64,000 nucleotides of DNA from Candidatus Omnitrophota bacterium (GTDB taxonomy: Bacteria; Omnitrophota; Gorgyraeia; B26-G9; JBDRCZ01). The notes under the pieces were generated by a model. It had not been told where the DNA came from, did no database searches, and worked only from the letters and a program-made list of their open reading frames with translations. Location: the NCBI GenBank assembly GCA_043821285.1, contig JBDRCZ010000017.1, forward strand, positions 15,947-79,946. Direction: 5' to 3'. The position numbers and the translations under genes are program-made. Shown here in pieces: positions 46,401 to 55,232 of this stretch (within the stretch, counting starts at the first letter, position 1; every line of letters begins with the position of its first letter).

Positions 46401-47536
46401 CAATACTGTACTGGTTTGCGATACACTGCTTTTGCTGCTACTAATATATTTTTTTCTTTCTCTGTAAGTGCGGTGTCATCATTTGTCCATATCCTAATCA
46501 TTCCGTGTCTTGGTGCTGTTATATAAAATGAAATTTTTGACGCAAGAAACTCTTCCCATTCTTCTGGAGAAGGCACAGTTGATAAATCAGCACGTAAACG
46601 TATAAAACGGTTATAGTTTTTATTTTCGTTATTAATTATGTCTGCCGGAAGCAGCCGCCGGCCAACATGAATTTCTATATTAGAGTTTTCTGGTATTGGT
46701 TGGGTATAACGGCTTCGATCAGGGGTTGAAACATTCCAGTAGTTTTGTGTTGATATACCAAATCTCAAAGATTCGTTATCTATTTTTATGCTCTCGGGAG
46801 CAAAAAACATCATCATAATTGCATGCGCAGGTAAACGTATTGCATCAATCCAGTAGTGAATTCCTTTACGATAACTATACTCAAGGATAATTTTAATACC
46901 ACGTTCAAACAGAACTTTTAATCCGGGTAAAAAGGCAATATTATTAAATACGCTGTTGGTATTTAATCTAAAGACTTCCATATCCCTGGGGACAGTAAGC
47001 ACTATTCGCGGAGACGCACCTTTAATATCTATTTTTCCATAAGTAGTAATTTCACTTTGCAAATCACGCGCCAACCCAAGCAAACTTAGAAAGTCAATTT
47101 CTTTTAGAACCGGGGGTATTCTTTCAACCGTCTCATCATCTGGACAAGGTATTTCTGGAATTTCCCTAATATTTAATTGATTGTTTTTTTTAGAAATTAC
47201 ATAAGAACGTTGTTTACCAGCTGCGCCTGTTGTTACAAACAATACTATCGAACCATCATTCGCAAATCTTTTCTCGCATGCATCAAACTCAAACTTATCT
47301 TTAATATAACTTACGCCAACATGTCCTTCTGCCCAAGTATATGCATCACTTATTTTTTTGTAAAGCATAATATTTTCTGCAAATAGAGGGTCATTTACTT
47401 CCAAAGGCGGGGCAAGATGGGTATGTAGACCTTTTAGATTGCCGCCGGCGGCCCATGAGATGTCTAAGCATAGAAAGGCATTGATTAATATTATGGAAAT
47501 TAGTCTAAAACAAATTGTACGTGTTAAATTATTCAT
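40445..47536 (-). CDS. giant-family protein G3 (2363 aa), function unknown
   Basis: N-terminus MNNLTRTICFRLISIILINAFLCLDISWAAGGNLKGLHTHLAPPL; C-terminus ...DLFEIERAI. Contains a TM cluster and an acidic then basic/Pro-rich low-complexity segment. The C-terminal ~500 aa are paralogous to G6. Confidence 0.8.
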   Translation of the reverse strand: MNNLTRTICFRLISIILINAFLCLDISWAAGGNLKGLHTHLAPPLEVNDPLFAENIMLYKKISDAYTWAEGHVGVSYIKDKFEFDACEKRFANDGSIVLFVTTGAAGKQRSYVISKKNNQLNIREIPEIPCPDDETVERIPPVLKEIDFLSLLGLARDLQSEITTYGKIDIKGASPRIVLTVPRDMEVFRLNTNSVFNNIAFLPGLKVLFERGIKIILEYSYRKGIHYWIDAIRLPAHAIMMMFFAPESIKIDNESLRFGISTQNYWNVSTPDRSRYTQPIPENSNIEIHVGRRLLPADIINNENKNYNRFIRLRADLSTVPSPEEWEEFLASKISFYITAPRHGMIRIWTNDDTALTEKEKNILVAAKAVYRKPVQYWDTNKSTQDWDSAENYIKMMKEKEANLNNFDETQRLAIIKALAEQFGVYSVSAVLQIIENLLNEHQNITPQSLGQLVEVIKWWGGEFVLILANYLTTLFNKNKHTEIERIVLRVDSLGLAFYGALLASIKDNELLAVIQNIHNKRILDIRQYNTKIQRLRERLEFFPTDGLKKIKTEGKGDGYKLRIAWWHQDRMIDNTKYAIAGNTILLRNEANSKELIIDILRKEVTFRENDIIWIGNVEYKIVKEDDKIFLSDKENKHDLRKDRNGNIIIDLRALIKTNRAVREFYQESNAGKSVTLNSHPLINGLFLLLIAPFILEVISNITGIPVSVNLGHLPIHAILGLSLIMTFPLYIQPQIQFIPNVWELVKKAVTGAKSAMLIIIDYIEFTIINSLARHEGLLYPVVHFVAARPDALAFFIWKGLAWGFSLLCLLGSTGVRSTRNSALEIDLSFLVKTYLLLDEDTYHEALKDAIDNIIESAHENGQIIEQLIGVINDLTLSEEEIEQLMQEGSGELSEENIRIALMLIIEELINAIDDSDQYDDDEEEDKVVLMKRKARKQYRADSPPIARKKRKREREKENNPQAYTVPLQSGDLRQPEKEGTDTAEVALPKDTVPPSGNNNPLTLNSLEKLAAAFDLSLSPPDRFVRTTAPSNAAQVVHFPEPPSQSDTRALRAAWRNANQRADTNRDAPPTREVAAPSDNQVTFAELLADFDPIKTLTLEELLRRLNHGDNSSQLIEAIKQRLAEYQGIASIEPLQDLLNDREYHEGTRALLRMRIRELVNECDNLKTAVELYLERSWGSSIRNILSEKILRLTGIQKHIAGTIYLFFSNAANTELNDILSQYMCLENEVVHVLGLLIGIQDRTVRKRIIEWLRINKPELDTTIASQIEKLEKELADYYQTPEEIQAFIASAPQEVKNIITEMYNTKDKDEFLEIIKQFAEQIDTNLLNEEAIEITMSALGNCLNSMSVTEIFYLYTAMNQQETKGAEVTRGMIKSIIIIKTVSIPRNVTSISALYYVINNETLCPNEDIKDLARRRMKHIIKNNQDIVALVDVYLSQEWDDEYWNNYLWYRIKALSTAKRLAEVNDRLLSEWSRNPRLPQKTKQAAAAQLSNSIASQGKISEIHLTVSSIEDGIERLTAISDRFKRQQAENNDKTQAQAIAQEMVSKWGGEALAALANLLSKKIHSEVEIYIIFGIIRQVFSLDIENLLRLLTDNSINKYTYGCKQIRGVIAEVLRKRLLGYNDLSNIPELYQMLNTYPNRNSRAPLVERITAIINESEDIEALVDLYKSQAEWAWGLGVVIQNRINALKPPQSCELMLVEDPMQKHSLYPQVLQGAAAMQVASEELPAWQAPVTTREPLLLDMPPAVKARREKLSEVTILLEGVITRTQALNRRQSNERTIQQTINKEQKQTRKNQKKISNLRNNLIVVQDKIQKLRNLLAADWETIEAYLKAEPDFVFEFFTNKIKAQIEGKEERTTEAGEVLGEILQRINIPKHDAETHNLIFAAVAYTVIAGYDVSKIIPIYIEKEQSYLINSGFNSHEILAAFIRLSFAIYRRDKKPLFNALCDVIKEYISRDFSNVNNVLELALKQDKETAMEIFYRMLTDIDDFLYQALTARTQDTNENIRFAIDGVFLADYLLRMEVYLRAVIQDENRLNEFHNLDSVGNLINEVMEKTVDGVSGEIIFSPEFTNAEKFLKHIFRQGTSFELMLLENITVRLNAFTSEDAFKKALELEFLGLFISQRNEDTDVFEKEREMIRSELTDLVTAVKGNNLMINANRRSLESMHRIIGRKYQELIQQQGLTPSNTTIDKLLSILVYFPRNVINEILNKTIMPQAAAGTFIFFDNIYTVRPDYRQTVLETVTKAVANAYTQEDNVQLMMLRPFFEQCLNAIHEKCRAEDRDIVKTIIQEIISDDESILEAKNIDPHISDSDMLLLHALYSLIVAPQERHTGYRVGINGSDTKLEKREIADLFEIERAI

Positions 47537-47854
47537 ATGTTAATACCCTGTTAGTTAATTCCAAATGTTCTAATTCAAGATTTAAAAATTCCAAGATTCC
47601 AGATTCTAAAATTATAAAATTCCCCGCTACAAGGTCGAAGATCCGCCATCGTATTAGTGAAGAACGCTGGCGAACAGGCAAATTCTCTAACCTTCGGCAA
47701 GTAAAACGTTTTGAATCGTTAAATCTTAAAATATTCAAATTTTGGAATTGTTTGTTTTATTCTTCTGTCTTCTATTCTCTACCTTCTGTTTTCTGCTTTC
47801 AATCAGCTGTATCAGTAAACGGTAAACTGCCTGCCTTCCATTAGGGAGGTAAAC

Positions 47855-47879
47855 TAAAAAATTGCCGCAGCAATTTTTT
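47855..47879 (-). terminator. terminator hairpin after G4
   Basis: Minus strand reads AAAAAATTGC-TGCG-GCAATTTTTT then AGTTTACC. Confidence 0.55.
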
Positions 47880-50800
47880 AGATTGCTTGTTCTACTGCCA
47901 ACATTTCATTCCACTCTAACTCTGTAAGTGCAGGGGGTTGTTTAGGCATTGTTGTCAATTGTCCTGGGTTATTATCATGAGGATCCAGTCTTTGCTGCTC
48001 TACAATCTTTATTGCTGCTTCAATAATCGCTGCAGTGTCCATCTTATGTGCACGGTATAATATCTCGTGACTTCTTGCGGATTGTCCCCAACCTTGGATT
48101 CCTAACGAAGTTACAGTTGAACCAGTTGTAAGCAGAGATGAAGTTACTACCTTACTTACTGCTCCGCTTAATATTTTTGGAGAAGCGTCTTGAACAGTAA
48201 TTATTGGCACTCCCCGTTCAAGAAGAGGTGGTAAAGCTTCATCGATTAAATCCAATCTGGTCAAATTTATTACTTTTGCGGTAATATCTTGACTTTCCAA
48301 TTGTTCGCTCGCGGCAATTGCAAATTCCACCATTGCTCCGGCAGCAATAATAATAATATCGCTATTTTGTCCGTTTTCTCTTGGATCTTTAATTACATAA
48401 GCACCTTGTTCTGGACTGGGATTTTCTCCTCTATTTAAAACTGGAACATTTTGACGGGTAAGCTGAAGATAAGAAGGTCCTTTACCATCTAATGCCCTGT
48501 GCATAGCAAAATCTACTGCTTCTTCAGCCTCACGGGCATCTGCAGGTATAAAACCAGTCATTTTTTGCAAAAAAGAAATATAGCGAATAACGCCAGCAAC
48601 GATTACTGACTGATGAGTAGAACCGTCTGGCCCAACGCCTAAGCCGGCATGACTTAACGCAACAATTACCGGTAGTTTTGCCCGGGCAATCACAATTATT
48701 TGACTAATCATTCGGTTAGCAAAACAATCAAAGGTTGCGATAACTGGTATCTTACCATATAATGCTAATCCAGCAGCAATTCCTGCCATTGCTTGTTCTC
48801 TTACTCCGGATGGAACGTATCTTCCATTGGTGTTATGACGAGAAAAAATGCCAAAGTCCCTAGCAAACCAATTCAGTCTTGTAGAACTGGCAATGTCCGC
48901 GCAGAAAGCAATAATCTTTTCGACGCGTTTTCCCCAGTCAAGCATCCTGTTACCAAAACCATCACGTGTAGCAAAATTCCTATTTGCTTGGTATCTAATT
49001 TCTGCCGGTGTTTGTAGCATTGTCATTTGAACCGGCTCTGGCTCTTGTGTTTGTTTAATGTTGCTATAAATAAGCAGATTGAATTCCCCAATCTTATAAG
49101 GAACCATTCCATTCAATGCTTCCATAATTGTTGTGGCCATGATGTGTTCATCAAAACCCCGGGTAATAATTAAAACAGGTTTTCCTGTATTATCCTTGTT
49201 TAGCTGTTCAAAGGTTTGACCTAAGATTTCAGCCTGTTCTTGATTATTATTAGCATTGAGCTCAATCACTCTCCAACCATAAGCTTGCCAAATATTAACT
49301 AATTCCGTGTTTGTCTCTGAAGCTTGAAGGACTAAGCAGAGATTATCTATGCCATTGTGTGCGGCGAATCTAGCTGTTTCTGCAAACTGACCTTCTCTTT
49401 CTTCTTTTTCCGTGGCTAAAGCAATAACTCTGCCAGATGCTGTATCCATTTTAGCTCCAAAAGCTATACCTGCGGCCAGAGAAAGACGCATACCCGCAGG
49501 GAATATTTCTTGAGGACTAAAATCTATTTTCATAAGCCCGTCCGTGGGTTTTTCTTTTCCATCAACTAATTCTTTTGCTACTTCTATTATATTTTCAATA
49601 TCCTTGTCACTCATGGACCAAACAACGGAACCTGCGGTTTTAGAAGATGAAGTTACAGTCCTGCTTACCGCATCACCTAAACATACTGGCAATCCATCAT
49701 AAATTGTAAGAATACGGCTTCCTGGCTCAATATACTCTAAGAGCTCACTTCCTGCACCTAATGAGTCTAATTGCGTAACATTTATGATCTTAGTCATCGT
49801 ACCTTGTGATTCTAACTCATTACTGACTTTTATGGTTTGATGAAGACTTTTACCTGAAGAAATAAGAATAACCCTCTTTTTTGCCGTGTCCCACCCTTCA
49901 GATTGACTTATAACATAGGCACCTTGCTCTGGCTGGGGATTTTCTCCTCTATCTATAACCGGAAGATCTGCAGAACTTAAACGAATATAAGAAGCAGTGT
50001 ACTCATCTGGGATATTAAGTGATGTAGGGGCTTTATTTGTTATTTTAGCCAATAATAATGCATTTTTTATTGCCATATCAGTCAACTCATTAGTTTCATT
50101 AGGATCCCCTGGTTCTAACGCAATTACATTATGCATCAGGTCCATAACTCCTGGGGTAAAACTTAACTCTTCAGATTCAGCCGCTAAAATAAACGGTACC
50201 CTTGCCTGAGCATTTATCCTTAATTGGTCTAACATTTTCATCGCATCATTTTCCGGCAGAAAGACAATCGGCAGCATACCCGAATAACCAAACCCAGCAG
50301 CAAAACTGGCTAAGTGCTGTTCTCTATCCTCAACTAAGAAACATCGCTCGATGAGTTTATTTCTTATATCTTCATCAGTAATCTGTGCAATAAATTCATC
50401 AATAAATCTTTGTTTAGAATCGGAATTATTAAAAATAAATACTATCCGTTCATCTTTTTCTGCCCACTGGAGTAGTCTATTTTTAAATGCAACAGATGGA
50501 GAGACTTCCTCATCCTGTGCATAGTTGGTTCTATCTGGTATTGTTGTCGTGTCTGTTTTTTGTAGAGTACTCTCTTTTGATAAATTGTTTTCTTCTTGTT
50601 CTGTCATTTGGTTATCTGAAATAAATCTATCTACATCTGTTGAAAATCCATAAAAATTCATTTGTTGACTAATATTTTCAATTGTGTTTTCTATTTGGGG
50701 GATAGCTTCAGATAGTTCTTTATCATTTAATGCTCTACCGTGAAACGCGGTTGGATCATCTTCCATAAAATCTACGCCTTTACCTTTTTTTGTCTTGGCA

Positions 50801-53553
50801 ATAATTGCTGTTGGCTTGTTTTTAATGTTTCTTGCTTCTTCACAAGCCGCGATAATTTCTAATGGTTCATGGCCATTAATTTCAATAACATGCCAGCCAC
50901 AACCTCTCCACGAACCTGCGACATCCGCACTATCTACTTCTTTAGTCAAGCTATCAATTTGTGCGCCATTAGCATTTACAAATAAGGTAAGATTATCTAA
51001 CCCTAATTCCGCAATATGCCTGGCAGCCTCTGCATATTGTCCTTCCTGTTCTTCCCCATCACCGGCAATAGCAAAGACGTTGGAGTCACGTCCATGCATT
51101 TTAGCTAGAAGCGCCATACCCGCGGCATTGGAGAGTCCCATACCTAAGGAACCGGTCAAGGCTTCTATACCACGAGTACAAATCCAGTCAGTATGTCCAG
51201 GAAGTCCACTGTTTAACTCTCTTAAATGGGATAATTGCTCTTTTGAAATATAGCCAAGTTTAGCTAAAATAGAATAAACTGCTGGCGCTATATGCCCTTC
51301 AGAAATAACTAACCGGTCACGGTCTGGCCAGCGCGGGTCATTTGGTGTATGATTCATAATCCGCGTTCCATCGGAATATCGTCCAAGATATAAAGTGACC
51401 AGTATCTCAGCCGCAGAGAGCGAACCTCCTGGATGTCCTGAACCAGCTATATTAATCATCTCCAGAATATCATTACGGCACATTTCTGCGATTTTCTTTA
51501 ACATCAAGCTTTGGCGCTGCTGTTCTATATAGTCTTTTCGCCAAAAAGCACCAATTATCAAAACACCAACAAGAAATATAGTATATGCGATCAATAAATG
51601 TATTGGAGATTGAAACAGTGTCATTATTGGTATTGAAATGGTTTCAAAACGATGGCTAAATGTTTTTAGTAGTTCGACAAAAGCTAATAAAATCGCACCA
51701 ATTGTGCCCAATAAGGCATAGGGGTTGAATTGTCGAAGGGTTAAATCTTGAGGAAATATATCTGAATTGTGGGGTGAAACATTAGAATCATCCCCTTTCC
51801 TTTTTAAATATTCTATTGCTCCATTAACCACCAAAAGAGCCCTAAAATATGCCTCTAAATAATCTTCTGCTGTTGTAAGAATAATTTTTTGATCATCTAA
51901 TCCAGAACGTGCTATCGGGTGACCTAAAATGTTTTCGTTTTCAGCCATTCTTTGTGAAGCAATCTTCCGCATATGTGTCCAGTTATGAAGTTGATTTACG
52001 CCTTTCAGCGGTAATAAGAGAGGGTTTCTTATACCCTGTGAGGTATAAAATTTTTCAACATCCTCGTCTTTGAGACCTGTCTGCTCTGGCACAAAATGAG
52101 GAGTATCACTAGGATATGCAGCCTCTGCCAAAAAAACATTTGCTGTTATTCTCCCCGAAGAATAATGTTCTGTTACACATTTTAGGTAAAAAACCAATGT
52201 TCCATTTAAAGCAGAGTCAATAAAGCATACTTGCGATGTATTATTATCAATAATTCCTTCATCAATTAACTGCTCATAAGTTTGTTTTGCTTGTTCAGCA
52301 AAAACCGTGTTTGTTTTTAATGTTTCTTCAAAGGATTGTCTTAATTGTGGATAGAAATTTTCCGGATCTCCTTGTTCTGTAGTATTGCGGCGAACTTTTC
52401 GCAATGTGTCTTCAATAATCTTAAAATTGTCGCGTTTTCTTTTTTCCGGAGTAGGATGATCATCTCCTATATAACCTAACATTTTTCGATCAAGATAAAA
52501 TACAAAAGAATTATCAGGGGGAGCCCCTTTTGTCAAAAGACTCAAATAATACTCGGACTCATAGTAAATTGCTCCATCACGTGCTAAATAAACTCTTCGT
52601 CCTTCAGCAGGTAATTGTTCTAATAAATAAGGGATGATTTTAGCTGTGCCTATTAACCACATAAAAGAATCTTTTTTTTGTCTTGAAGTCAAAAAATGGC
52701 AAAGGCTTCTTAGCTTTATATTCAAACTTCCAGTAAATAAGCCTTGATTTCTTACACCTTGTTCTGTCATTACCAATAACTCTTGCTCTCTTCTTCGTAA
52801 TTCTTCTGCTATTTCTACGTTACTTCTCCATCTCAATTGGTCTGGTTTAAGAACTTGATAATGCGTGCGTACCTCATGCCCTTCGATCGGGCTTAAAAAA
52901 TGTATCGGAAATGTTGGACTTATTTCTGGTACATTAATAGAGGTTAACATCATTTCTAAATCCATGGCTATACCTTCTTCGCCGAGTGGATGTCTTAATA
53001 CTGATAATGCGCGCTCTTTAACTTTATCATTGGGGTCTTCCAATATTATTTTTTTCAAAAATTCAACAACCTTTGTTTTAGCTGTCTCACTTTTGTTCCC
53101 AACAATTCCCAAGAGCCGTATTAAATTACTGCGTGGATTGTCTAACACAACACCACCACGATAAAGAAGATCATCAGGGTCAATAATGGTTGGATCATCC
53201 CAAGCAGCGATTAAGGCATTTATCAGTATAATAGCATCGAGACTTAATAATTTTGGAGCTTCATTTCGTCTCCAAATATTAAACTGCGAAAAAGTTAATC
53301 TTAAAACTTGCGTTAGTTCTTCCCTTTTTATCTCTATAGGGTACTTATTTACTGATTGTGTAGATATACCAAGTGTATTTTGTTCAAAAGGCTCTGTAAG
53401 TGAAGACTTACTTATCTCTAAAGGAGGCGAGAGGTGGGTGGACAAATTTTTCAAATTACTATTTGCCGCCCATGAAATGTCAAGACATAAAAAAGAGTTG
53501 ATTAATATAAAGGCTGTTAGTTTGAATAAAATGTCCCGTTTTATTTTTTTCAT
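47878..53553 (-). CDS. giant-family protein G4 (1891 aa) with two tandem split-type transketolase units
   Basis: N-terminus MKKIKRDILFKLTAFILINSFLCLDISWAANSNLKNLSTHLSPPL; C-terminus ...EMLAVEQAI. TM cluster at aa 612-671, transketolase-like sequence from aa ~685 to ~1850. Confidence 0.85.
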   Translation of the reverse strand: MKKIKRDILFKLTAFILINSFLCLDISWAANSNLKNLSTHLSPPLEISKSSLTEPFEQNTLGISTQSVNKYPIEIKREELTQVLRLTFSQFNIWRRNEAPKLLSLDAIILINALIAAWDDPTIIDPDDLLYRGGVVLDNPRSNLIRLLGIVGNKSETAKTKVVEFLKKIILEDPNDKVKERALSVLRHPLGEEGIAMDLEMMLTSINVPEISPTFPIHFLSPIEGHEVRTHYQVLKPDQLRWRSNVEIAEELRRREQELLVMTEQGVRNQGLFTGSLNIKLRSLCHFLTSRQKKDSFMWLIGTAKIIPYLLEQLPAEGRRVYLARDGAIYYESEYYLSLLTKGAPPDNSFVFYLDRKMLGYIGDDHPTPEKRKRDNFKIIEDTLRKVRRNTTEQGDPENFYPQLRQSFEETLKTNTVFAEQAKQTYEQLIDEGIIDNNTSQVCFIDSALNGTLVFYLKCVTEHYSSGRITANVFLAEAAYPSDTPHFVPEQTGLKDEDVEKFYTSQGIRNPLLLPLKGVNQLHNWTHMRKIASQRMAENENILGHPIARSGLDDQKIILTTAEDYLEAYFRALLVVNGAIEYLKRKGDDSNVSPHNSDIFPQDLTLRQFNPYALLGTIGAILLAFVELLKTFSHRFETISIPIMTLFQSPIHLLIAYTIFLVGVLIIGAFWRKDYIEQQRQSLMLKKIAEMCRNDILEMINIAGSGHPGGSLSAAEILVTLYLGRYSDGTRIMNHTPNDPRWPDRDRLVISEGHIAPAVYSILAKLGYISKEQLSHLRELNSGLPGHTDWICTRGIEALTGSLGMGLSNAAGMALLAKMHGRDSNVFAIAGDGEEQEGQYAEAARHIAELGLDNLTLFVNANGAQIDSLTKEVDSADVAGSWRGCGWHVIEINGHEPLEIIAACEEARNIKNKPTAIIAKTKKGKGVDFMEDDPTAFHGRALNDKELSEAIPQIENTIENISQQMNFYGFSTDVDRFISDNQMTEQEENNLSKESTLQKTDTTTIPDRTNYAQDEEVSPSVAFKNRLLQWAEKDERIVFIFNNSDSKQRFIDEFIAQITDEDIRNKLIERCFLVEDREQHLASFAAGFGYSGMLPIVFLPENDAMKMLDQLRINAQARVPFILAAESEELSFTPGVMDLMHNVIALEPGDPNETNELTDMAIKNALLLAKITNKAPTSLNIPDEYTASYIRLSSADLPVIDRGENPQPEQGAYVISQSEGWDTAKKRVILISSGKSLHQTIKVSNELESQGTMTKIINVTQLDSLGAGSELLEYIEPGSRILTIYDGLPVCLGDAVSRTVTSSSKTAGSVVWSMSDKDIENIIEVAKELVDGKEKPTDGLMKIDFSPQEIFPAGMRLSLAAGIAFGAKMDTASGRVIALATEKEEREGQFAETARFAAHNGIDNLCLVLQASETNTELVNIWQAYGWRVIELNANNNQEQAEILGQTFEQLNKDNTGKPVLIITRGFDEHIMATTIMEALNGMVPYKIGEFNLLIYSNIKQTQEPEPVQMTMLQTPAEIRYQANRNFATRDGFGNRMLDWGKRVEKIIAFCADIASSTRLNWFARDFGIFSRHNTNGRYVPSGVREQAMAGIAAGLALYGKIPVIATFDCFANRMISQIIVIARAKLPVIVALSHAGLGVGPDGSTHQSVIVAGVIRYISFLQKMTGFIPADAREAEEAVDFAMHRALDGKGPSYLQLTRQNVPVLNRGENPSPEQGAYVIKDPRENGQNSDIIIIAAGAMVEFAIAASEQLESQDITAKVINLTRLDLIDEALPPLLERGVPIITVQDASPKILSGAVSKVVTSSLLTTGSTVTSLGIQGWGQSARSHEILYRAHKMDTAAIIEAAIKIVEQQRLDPHDNNPGQLTTMPKQPPALTELEWNEMLAVEQAI
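48004..49521 (-). other. G4 transketolase unit 2: truncated/degenerate PP part, intact Pyr + C-terminal domains
   Basis: The PP remnant has TEKEEREGQ where GDGExxEGQ is expected. The Pyr domain has ATRDGFG, VREQAMAGIAAGLA, GPDGSTHQ. The C-terminal domain has IIIIAAGAMV...AKVINLTRLD. Confidence 0.75.
49564..50511 (-). other. G4 transketolase unit 1, Pyr + C-terminal domains, degenerate
   Basis: Collinear with the unit 2 Pyr domain (shared DRGENPQPEQGAYVI / NRGENPSPEQGAYVI), but the GxDGxTHQ position reads ESEELSFTPGV. Confidence 0.6.
50719..51501 (-). other. G4 transketolase unit 1, TPP (PP) domain, motifs intact
   Basis: SGHPGGSLSAAEILVTLY, DRDRLVISEGH, GSLGMGLSNAAGMA, GDGEEQEGQYAEAARHIAELGLDNLTLFVNANG. 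Confidence 0.8.
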
Positions 53554-53751
53554 GATTTGTAGATATGTTTATCCATTCCAGATTTTAAAATTCCCCGCCA
53601 TAATGCGTTGACAGGCAGATTCAAAATTTAAATATTTTCTTTGAAACAAGTGTCACATGATTAATCTGATTTTTTATCCTTCTTTATCCTATTAATCCTG
53701 TCTATTTTTTCTGCTTTTTTGTCTTCCAAATTCTGACTTCTGTTTTCTATC

Positions 53752-55232
53752 ACAGTACTTTGTTAAAAATCAGGTCTTTTCAAAAAAATCATTTACGTAA
53801 GTCGTGAAAACTCATAACTTATGTAATTTCAATACTTTACGTTAATTTTTTCCTTGACAATATCCACAACTCCTGCTATGGTATATAGTTGTAATCAAAC
53901 CACCGTAACACACAACAGGAGGTGGATATGGGTATTTTTAATCTCACTATTTCGGTAATCAATAATTTCTTATTTCGTTTTAAACCTGCCTTCTCAAAAA
54001 AACAATTTATCGTTTTCTCCTTCCTGATCTATGCTTTGTTTAAAGACTACAAGAGAAATTCCCTTTATGCCCTCGCCTCTAAAACTCCAATCAACTATCA
54101 GGCTTGTCAGTACTTCTTATCTGAAGGAAAATGGAGTATCGATGATCTTAATAATATAAGGTTAAAAATTATTGAACATCAAAGAACTACTTCTGCTACT
54201 TCCTCCGGCGTCTTAGTTATTGATGATACTTCTCCTAAGCCTTTTGCTAAAGCTACCGCCGGTGCTAAACGTCAACACTGTGGTGTCTTAAATCGTGAAG
54301 AAATCTGTAATGTTGCTGTATTCTCTGCCTTCGCCTCCAAAACTAAACGCTTCCCGATAAACCTTAAATCTTATCTCCCCGCTGAAAAATTCTTATTTGG
54401 CAAAGAGGATGTAGATTTTAAAAGTAAGCTCGATCTTGCCCAAATATTAGTCGATGATGCCTTAGAAAGAAAAATTAAATTCTCTTCCCTCGTCATAGAT
54501 GCATGGTATGCTCAGTCTTCACAATTCCTTGAGTTTGTTCACTGCCAGAGAAAACTGCCCTTCATTGGTGAATTAAAGTCCAATCGTAACATCTTCTTTT
54601 ACCATCCGCTAAAGCGGAAACACTGCTGGATCCAGCAGGATGAGCTGGTGAAACTCATCAAAAAACATTATCCGCATAAGTGTAGGTTTTTTACCTCCAC
54701 GAGCAAAGATGGTAAGAAGAAGTCTTGGGTCTTCTACACCTTCAAGGGACTGCTGAAAGATTGTTCTGTTCCCTTAAGCATAGTGGTGATCTTTGGTAAG
54801 TGGGATAATCAGGATGATAAGAATGTTCATATCCTTATCTCCAATCAGACCCGCCTGGCTACTAAGACCATCATTTCCACCTACCTGCTTCGTTGGGGAA
54901 TAGAGCTTATCTTCAGGGAGCTCAAGGATGTCTTCTCCTTTGACCAATACCAGGTTAGACATACCAAACAGATCGAACGTTACTAGACACTATGCCTTAT
55001 TGCATGGAGCCTGTTATATTGGGTCAAACAAAATGCCTATCTTACCAAAATCCTTGAGCATAAACCTGCTACCTTCTATGACTACAAACAGGCCATTGAC
55101 TCCTTACTCCTTTATGATGCTCATCAGTCTCTTTCAAAGAACAGTCATCTTGCTCAGAAATATTTTAAAATTAAATCGGATAATTTTAAACAGCAAATCG
55201 CTCGCGTTGCCTGATTTTTAACAAAGTCCTGT
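53752..55232 (+). mobile_element. IS4/IS701-like insertion sequence (1481 bp)
   Basis: 23-bp terminal inverted repeats ACAGTACTTTGTTAAAAATCAGG (53752-53774) and reverse-complement ACAGGACTTTGTTAAAAATCAGG (55210-55232), 1 mismatch. Direct 6-bp flanks TCTATC (53746-53751 and 55233-55238). Confidence 0.8.
53922..55214 (+). pseudogene. DDE transposase (IS4/IS701-like) interrupted by an in-frame TAG
   Basis: VLVIDDTS, LVIDAWY, YLLRWGIELIFRELK blocks. TAG at 54984-54986, after which the same frame continues 75 codons (TLCLIAWSLLYWVKQN...QQIARVA) to TGA 55212-55214. Confidence 0.65.

Noticed and set aside
54984-54986. In-frame TAG in the IS transposase considered as evidence for stop-codon reassignment.
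   Set aside because: TAG terminates well-defined genes in the same window (the thyA-like gene at 5077-5079, the SH3 gene at 20990-20992). A nonsense mutation in a decaying IS is the simpler reading.
54928-55221. 97-aa ORF in another frame at the IS 3' end.
   Set aside because: The frame that continues the transposase after the TAG gives transposase-like sequence and ends in the right IR. The alternative-frame ORF is incidental.
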